DNA of 32,000 nt from Candidatus Regiella endosymbiont of Tuberolachnus salignus (lineage in GTDB: Bacteria > Pseudomonadota > Gammaproteobacteria > Enterobacterales > Enterobacteriaceae): contig NZ_OZ026542.1 in assembly GCF_964020115.1 (NCBI RefSeq), positions 1,845,436-1,877,435 of the forward strand, in the 5' to 3' direction. Of the stretch, positions 26,521 to 32,000 are shown one piece after another. The notes under the pieces were generated by a model, which searched no databases, had not been told where the DNA came from, and worked only from the letters and a program-made list of their open reading frames with translations. The position numbers were made by a program, and so were the translations under genes. Position 1 is the first letter of the stretch, and each line of letters opens with the position of its first letter.

Positions 26521-27159
26521 ATGGAAACGAAAAATTTGACCACTAAAGAACTTAATTACACTACAACGCGTTTTATCAGTAGCGCACCAGATATTCATCA
26601 TCTTCCAGCTAATGAGGGAATTGAGATTGCATTTGCTGGCCGTTCTAATGCAGGTAAATCGAGTGCACTGAATGCGTTGACTCATAAAAAAGGTTTAGCA
26701 CGAACCAGTAAAACACCAGGACGTACCCAGCTAATCAATTTATTTGAAGTTGCCGATGGAAAGTGTTTGGTAGATTTACCCGGTTATGGTTACGCCGCAG
26801 TGAAAAAAGAAATAAAAAATCAGTGGCAGCATGCTTTAAATGACTACCTAAATAAACGTGAATGCTTGAAAGGTCTGGTGGTACTGATGGACATTCGCCA
26901 TCCGTTAAAAGAGTCAGATCAACAGATGATTAGCTGGGCGGTTGCTGTCGACATTCCCATTTTTTTACTGCTGACAAAAGCAGATAAATTAGCTACCAGT
27001 GCGGCTAAAGCGCAACTTAATAGGGTACGCGAAGCGGTGCTCCCTTTTATGGGGGATATTCAAGTAGAAAATTTTTCATCACTGAAAAAAACAGGAGTCG
27101 ATAAATTACGTGCAAAATTGGATAACTGGTTTAATGGCATCGTAACAGCAAATATATAA
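26521..27159 (+). CDS. engB: ribosome-biogenesis GTPase EngB/YihA
   Basis: From ATG 26521 (212 aa), SAPDIHHLP...[21 protein letters not shown]...[17 protein letters not shown]...DLPGYGYA...LLTKADKL is collinear with E. coli YihA. The upstream 16 codons in the ORF track are repeat read-through. Confidence 0.93.
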   Translation: METKNLTTKELNYTTTRFISSAPDIHHLPANEGIEIAFAGRSNAGKSSALNALTHKKGLARTSKTPGRTQLINLFEVADGKCLVDLPGYGYAAVKKEIKNQWQHALNDYLNKRECLKGLVVLMDIRHPLKESDQQMISWAVAVDIPIFLLLTKADKLATSAAKAQLNRVREAVLPFMGDIQVENFSSLKKTGVDKLRAKLDNWFNGIVTANI

Positions 27160-27170
27160 AATATCGGCGC

Positions 27171-27257
27171 GCTACGGATTTGCCGCGGTAGGCTGCTGTG
27201 ATGTCAATCTCTTAGTCACACAGGAGACTTATTACAAAACCTACCGGCAGTTTTGCA
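27171..27257. repeat. family D-related short palindromic derivative (D4)
   Basis: The reverse complement begins tttcttgcaaaactgccggtagg (D1 has tttcttgcaaaaccgtagcg) and pairs with ctacggatttgccgcggtagg at the other end. Confidence 0.4.
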
Positions 27258-27270
27258 AGAAATTTCATGG

Positions 27271-27375
27271 TATAGCCGAATCAGTTTAATTTGATTCAAG
27301 GCGAGGAGCGTAGACAGTACAAATAGTACGGCAAGTGACGACAACACTTAAATCAAATTAAACTGATTCGGCTAT
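27271..27375. mobile_element. MITE family B copy B6
   Basis: tatagccgaatcagtttaatttgattcaaggcgaggagcgtagacagtacaaatagtacggcaagtgacgacaac...aaattaaactgattcggctat. Confidence 0.85.
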
Positions 27376-27620
27376 GGCACTGTTAACAAAGTTAAATTAT
27401 TGAATAAAAAAGAATTTATAAAAATATTTAGGACGCATAAAATAATGATGAGATAAAAATAATACTTTTTGTGATCGGCTTCATCATTGAGAGAATTCGC
27501 CGATCGCTGCCATAAAAAATCGATTCATCTGTTTTTTTTAAAGAGGAACCGTTTACTTTGAATGCATTTAAATTATAATAATTTCAATAAGTTAAATGAA
27601 TACACTTTGTTAACAGTGCC
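27376..27620. mobile_element. 245-bp AT-rich element with perfect 17-bp terminal inverted repeats (family G, single copy here)
   Basis: ggcactgttaacaaagt (27376-27392) is the exact reverse complement of actttgttaacagtgcc (27604-27620). The interior has no ORF longer than 10 codons. It sits between a B terminus and an A terminus. Confidence 0.65.
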
Positions 27621-27677
27621 ATATTTCCTTCGCCTTTGAAGTGGGAAGCCTCGTCCCATAGGGCGGGGAGCAGTCAC
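27621..27677. repeat. family A left terminus fused to family F copy F3
   Basis: atatttccttcgcctttgaagtgg (A terminus) followed by gaagcctcgtcccatagggcggggagcagtcac (reverse complement of gtgactgctccccgccctatggg). Confidence 0.6.
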
Positions 27678-28301
27678 TGAGTGAATTTATATAACGTAAA
27701 GTTATTTTTATCAGCCGGACGTTGTCCAACCCAAATCGGGATCCAGTGATCAGCTTGTATTTTTTCAGGATGGTGCACATTATCTTGAACTAGCAAAAAT
27801 AGGCAACGTTGGGCGTTTTTATTGAGTGTCACCCCATCACCTTCACCTGAGTGGCCTTCATAGATTTTTATCGCCACTTTACCTGTCACATAATGCAACA
27901 TACTCTGTTCGGACTCTCCAAGGCCACTGGTTGCAAGACATTCACTATTCTGAATAAAAGGAGCAAGTGTTAGGAAAGTGTCTTGATAGCTGCGTGCGGC
28001 GTTGATCCAAGGCATCAATAGTAAAAATGTGATAGACCAGGTTACAGCTAACCCCGAGGCCCATGACAGCAACATCGAATGGTTATCCGATTTTTTAATA
28101 ATAATTAACCATAAAATGATAATAATCATGGCTAATGTAAATAGATACCATTTCGTTTGTAAGGCAAAGGGCAAGGGTAATACATTATCAATGTCAGACC
28201 ACAATACTTGCAGTAACCGTGCCTCACCATCCATAACAAGATTAAACCAAGTCAATACTATTATTAACAGTGTGATACCGAAAAAAATGTTCATTACCTT
28301 A

Positions 28302-29163
28302 TATAGTGTCGTCATGAGATCTTGAGCCATAGAGCAAGGCATCGTATTTGTACAGCAGCGAGAAAAGAGGAGGTATTTTTTGCATAACGAGTAGCAATAC
28401 CTCGCCAGCGCTTTAGGTGCAGAAAAGCATTTTCCACGAGATGTCGATGCTTGTAGAGCGCTTTATCGTACTCACGTTGAATTTTACGATTCTTTTTAGG
28501 TGGTATTACGATTTGCATGCCGGCTTCTTCTGCTTTTTTAATGATGTTATCACTGTCATAGCCCTTGTCAGCCAACAGATATTCTGCTGCAATACCTTTG
28601 GTTAAATTCGTTGCTTGCTGACAATCTGCTGTGGTACCTGATGTAATAAAAATTCTGACCGGCATACCATGCGCATCCACGGCCAGATGTATCTTACTGT
28701 TGAGCCCCCTTTTGTGCGCTCCATATCCTGATTACCGCCTTTTGCGCCTGCTGCATGAGGGTGAACTTTGCTATGAGTGGCATCAATCATCAGCCATTCA
28801 AAATCTGGCTCCACAATCAGCGCTTCGAGCAGAGACTCCCATAGCCCCTTGTCACGCCAGCGGCAAAACCGGCGATGAGTATTTTTCCAACCGCCATAAT
28901 CAGGCGGTAAATCACGCCAGGGAGCGCCGGTTCTCAATATCCAGAAAACAGCATTAATAAACTGCCTGTTATCTCTGGCTATGCCACCCCAAGTGCCTTT
29001 TCTCCCCGGGAGATGAGCTTCCAATAGGCTCCAAACATGATCGGATATATCGTGGCGGCGATGGGCTAAATTCATTCCCGAATCATCTTTCATTATTGAA
29101 TCATCTCAACAGTTGTCGTTATTTGTTACATGATAATATATTTTTTATTACGTGACGACACTA
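28302..29163 (-). mobile_element. IS5-family insertion sequence (IS427/IS1031-like), about 862 bp
   Basis: Terminal inverted repeats tagtgtcgtcatg (28304-) and cgtgacgacacta (-29163). CTTA occurs on both sides (28298-28301 and 29164-29167), giving a candidate 4-bp target duplication. Confidence 0.8.
28312..29093 (-). CDS. IS5-family DDE transposase in two frames (candidate -1 frameshift)
   Basis: The N-terminus HRRHDISDHVWSLLEAHLPGRKGTWGGIARDNRQFINAVFWILRTGAPWRDLP is typical of the IS5/IS427 group. DDE contexts are LMIDATH, LLADKGYDSD and HLVENAFLHLKRWRGIATRY. The frames join as ...ERTK/RGLNSKIHLAVDAHGMPV at ACAAAAGGGGG (28705-28715). Confidence 0.8.
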
Positions 29164-29351
29164 CTTAGAGCCTGTCTTGTCTAAGCTATGTAATAAAGGA
29201 ATGAATGGCACTGTTAGTAAAGCCAAGGGTGGGTACAATGGCAGCAGATAAATATCTCGCATTGAAGCTGATGAGAAGAGTGAAAAGAAGCCAGTGGTAA
29301 AAAAGAGCAAAACGATGGCATATGCTGATAATTGTGGCCTGAATATCATTT

Positions 29352-29476
29352 TATACCCTTCGCCTTTGAAGCCGCCGCGTTGTTGGCTGCGAGTGTTCGC
29401 CTCATCAGGTAGTCTATCTACGCTCATCGGTCGGTCGCCCTGGCGGCCGAAGGCACCTTCAAGGACTGTGGGTATA
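29352..29476. mobile_element. ERIC-like MITE family A copy A8, in frame inside the glycosyltransferase-like gene
   Basis: TA-tacccttcgcctttgaagccgccgcgttgttggctgcgag...gaaggcaccttcaaggactgtgggta-TA. It adds exactly 41 codons between F and K of ...SFVF|KMIF.... Confidence 0.9.
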
Positions 29477-29934
29477 AACACGAAGCTATGATGTTTTATT
29501 TTGTACGATATCCAACGGATAAAAGCAAAAATGGCACCTATCACAAATAAAATGGATGTTGGCGCACCGTTAACCAGTATTGCGATTATCTTTTCGCTAT
29601 AGTTTTTGTTATAGACGCCGAGCGGGGCATCAGACAATCCTATAAAACGACCAATATTATTTAGCCAAAACCATTCATGAAAAAGTTCTGCTGAGTGGTG
29701 ATACAAGGCTAATGGCCACAATATGACGAAAGGTAAAACACCGATAAAAGCCGTGAGGTAGAATCTTAGCTTAGTGTGATTGCGAAAATCCTGAAAGAGA
29801 ATCAAGCAAAGTAATAATGTTAATCCAGCAATACCAGGGACGAACAATCCTTTTGATAAAAAAGCGATACCAATGCCAGCGCCGAATAAAAAACCACTGA
29901 TAACTTGCCTGGTTTTCACCTCTTTTGAAGCATT

Positions 29935-30062
29935 AGACTTCTTTCGAAACCGTAGTTCGTTATGCGAAGTCAAGGCACCCGGCGCACAGCAACCTTCGTT
30001 GCCTACAGTACATGAGGATTGCGCGCACCGGGCAACGCAGGATCCGGGTTTCGAAAGAGGTT
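29935..30062. mobile_element. MITE family D copy D3, in frame inside the glycosyltransferase-like gene
   Basis: agacttctttcgaaaccgtagttcg...cagtacatgaggattgcgcgcaccg...ccgggtttcgaaagaggttt. It is translated as ...SKPGSCVARCAQSSCTVGNEGCCAPGALTSHNELRFRK.... Boundaries are approximate. Confidence 0.7.
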
Positions 30063-30656
30063 TATTGCCAACTAGTGCTGCCAAAGCCAAAGTAGCCCCA
30101 GCAAGTTGAGCTATATCGGCAGTAAGTTTGTGAATGTGTTCGGTCAAACCAATGATGGCGACTAACAAGGTTATTGAATGCACACGATAAGAAATTGATG
30201 TGTGGGAAGGCGCTAGCGACAGTGATTGTCTGTCTATTTCGTCGAACAGACGCGATGCGATGAAACAAAATGCAGCTATTGTTACTGCCATAAAAAGTAC
30301 AATAGTCAGTCGCGATGATTCATGTGCGGGGATAAAAGGCAGTGCTTTAGCAAATATTGCGCCTATCCAAAATATGAGTGGAGATTTTTCTACAAAGGGA
30401 TCACCCGCGACATGCGGGATCAGCCATTGATTGTTAATGATGATGTTCCAAATAATGCCGAAGGAATAAGGCTCGTCTGCTTTCCAAGGGAATCGATCAA
30501 AAATACCGATTAAACCGTAAGCAAAAAATAAAACATAGATAAACCAAGTAGTAGGGATTTTTTTCAAAATCTGCCAGACTGGCAGAGAAGTCAATGAATA
30601 TTTTTTTATTGATTTTAACATAAGCTTGGTGTGTCCTACCCTCGTGGATCCTTGAA

Positions 30657-30780
30657 TATACCCTTCGTCTCTGAAGTTACCGCTAGGCAGCCAGAACGAC
30701 CGACCGATGAGCGTGGACATACCCCATGAGGGCGAGAGCTGGCAGCCAACAACGCGGCGACTCCAAAGGCGAAGGGTATA
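30657..30780. mobile_element. ERIC-like MITE family A copy A9, in the divergent promoter region of the glycosyltransferase-like gene and tilS
   Basis: tatacccttcgtctctgaagttaccgctaggcagcc...ggcagccaacaacgcggcgactccaaaggcgaagggtata. It lies 35 nt upstream of ATG 30621. Confidence 0.85.
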
Positions 30781-30863
30781 CTTCCTTGTGTTCATTAGAA
30801 GGATCTTCTAATAGACACTGAAAAAACTTCTAATAAGATATTTTTTATTTTATAACACTATCA

Positions 30864-32000
30864 ATGAATAAAAATGATGATCTTTTACTCCAGATTAACA
30901 AGCAGCTAGCGGGATATCGAGAGCTGCTAGTGGGTTTTAGTGGCGGACTGGATTCCAGTGTTTTGCTGCATCTACTGACTCGTCTACGCACTGGCCAACG
31001 GCCTGATCTGAGCATTCGAGCGATCCACATCCACCATGGAATCAACCCACAGGCAAACGATTGGGCAGAACATTGTCAATATCAATGTCAACAATGGCAA
31101 GTACCACTAGAAATTGTGTCGGTGCAACTGAATACACACAAAAATGGCATTGAAGCCGCTGCGCGCACAGCGCGTTATCACGCTTTTTCCACCCATCTCA
31201 CCGACAAAGAAGTGTTATTGACCGCTCAACATCAAGATGATCAATGTGAGACCTTTCTGCTGGCATTAAAACGGGGGAGTGGGCCAACGGGGTTGTCTGC
31301 CATGGCGTCAAAAATGGCTTTCGCGCAAAGTCAGTTACTCCGTCCTTTATTGAGCTGTTCCCGACAAAATTTAATGGACTATGCGCAACGGCATCAAATT
31401 CAGTGGGTAGAGGATGGGAGTAATCAAGATAGACGTTTTGATCGTAATTTTCTACGGCAAGAAATTATCCCTTTGCTCAATCAACGTTGGCCGCATTTTT
31501 CCCAAACGGTCACGCGCAGTGCTAGCCTTTGTGCAGAGCAAGAACAATTGCTTGATGAATTACTCACTGCCACATTAGATCAATGGCAGCATACTGATGG
31601 GTCTCTAGCGACTGACGGATTAATCACTATGTCAGAAGTGAAACGCAATGCGGTATTGCGGCGCTGGTTATCTCGCCACCATGTCAGCATGCCGTCTCGA
31701 GATCAGTTACAACGTTTATGGCATGAAGTTGTATTAGCGCGTATCGATGCCAATCCTTGTTTACAACTAGGGCAACATCAAGTACGGCGTTTTCGCCAGC
31801 GTCTCTATTTATCATCCTCGCAACAAATCAACATAACCCCCCAGTGTTTACACTGGTGTGTCAGTGAAGATCTATTACTTCCCGCTAACTTAGGGGTTCT
31901 GCGCCTGACTAATGCCGATGGACAACAAATTCGGGCAGCAAGGCCAGATGAAAGCGTGAAGATCCGTTTTGGCCTGCAAGGAAGGGTGAAAATTGTCGGG
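30864..32000 (+). CDS. tilS: tRNA(Ile)-lysidine synthase, 3' end beyond the window
   Basis: ATG 30864; MNKNDDLLLQINKQLAGYRELLVGFSGGLDSSVLLHLL (PP-loop SGGxDS), TAQHQDDQCETFLLALKRGSGP, FDRNFLR. Collinear with E. coli TilS and open to the window end (379 codons). Confidence 0.93.
   Translation, partial: MNKNDDLLLQINKQLAGYRELLVGFSGGLDSSVLLHLLTRLRTGQRPDLSIRAIHIHHGINPQANDWAEHCQYQCQQWQVPLEIVSVQLNTHKNGIEAAARTARYHAFSTHLTDKEVLLTAQHQDDQCETFLLALKRGSGPTGLSAMASKMAFAQSQLLRPLLSCSRQNLMDYAQRHQIQWVEDGSNQDRRFDRNFLRQEIIPLLNQRWPHFSQTVTRSASLCAEQEQLLDELLTATLDQWQHTDGSLATDGLITMSEVKRNAVLRRWLSRHHVSMPSRDQLQRLWHEVVLARIDANPCLQLGQHQVRRFRQRLYLSSSQQINITPQCLHWCVSEDLLLPANLGVLRLTNADGQQIRAARPDESVKIRFGLQGRVKIVG

Larger units (their letters stand above)
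27674..30621 (-). pseudogene. GT-C-type (ArnT/PMT_2-like) membrane glycosyltransferase-like gene, split by an IS and carrying two in-frame MITEs
   Basis: ORFs 29161..30795 and 27674..28342 become one frame when the IS plus one CTTA copy is removed (...LDKTGSK|VMNIFFGITLL...). It is a multi-pass hydrophobic protein, and the first-loop motif FPWKADEPYSFG resembles the acidic DE motif of GT-C transferases. The likely native start is ATG 30621; codons upstream are MITE A9 read-through. Confidence 0.6.

Noticed and set aside
27640-27677. Family F (gtgactgctccccgccc...) as a Rho-independent terminator hairpin after queF and the glycosyltransferase-like gene.
   Set aside because: I could pair only 3-6 bp consistently, the pairing differs between the three copies, and no U-run follows. 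It is kept as a repeat without a structural claim.

Overview
This is a gammaproteobacterial, Enterobacterales-like chromosomal window, AT-rich by eye. It consists of short blocks of well-conserved housekeeping genes: aroQ-accB-accC-yhdT-panF, ffs (4.5S RNA), an orphan feoA, grxA, aspC, queF, a truncated gppA with rhlB-trxA-rho, ampC, slyB, pdxH, ffh-rpsP-rimM-trmD-rplS, tusD, fkpA/slyX, engB and tilS (runs off the window). In E. coli K-12 these blocks lie at many separate loci. Accessory content is two tandem LuxR-type solo regulators, an orphan conjugative TraF-like signal peptidase, one AT-rich orphan ORF and one IS5-family insertion sequence. The most unusual feature is about 40 copies or fragments of at least seven families of small, non-coding, mostly palindromic repeats (MITE-like). 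I name them ad hoc: A and E are ERIC-like, and the others are B, C, D, F and G. By hand count they total roughly 4 kb, about 13% of the window. They are nested in one another, occupy nearly every synteny break, and abut or supply the stop codon of about a dozen genes. One replaced the C-terminus of grxA, one marks the truncation of gppA, one sits in the rho leader and one sits inside the rpsP operon. Two are inserted stop-free and in frame inside a GT-C-type membrane glycosyltransferase-like gene that was later split by the IS. I found no CRISPR array, tRNA/rRNA gene, prophage, toxin-antitoxin pair or recognisable multi-gene defence system, so the repeat network is the best candidate for something new. 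All homology calls come from by-eye alignment to E. coli or plasmid proteins recalled from memory. No database search was run, and repeat coordinates are hand-derived (about +/-3 nt).
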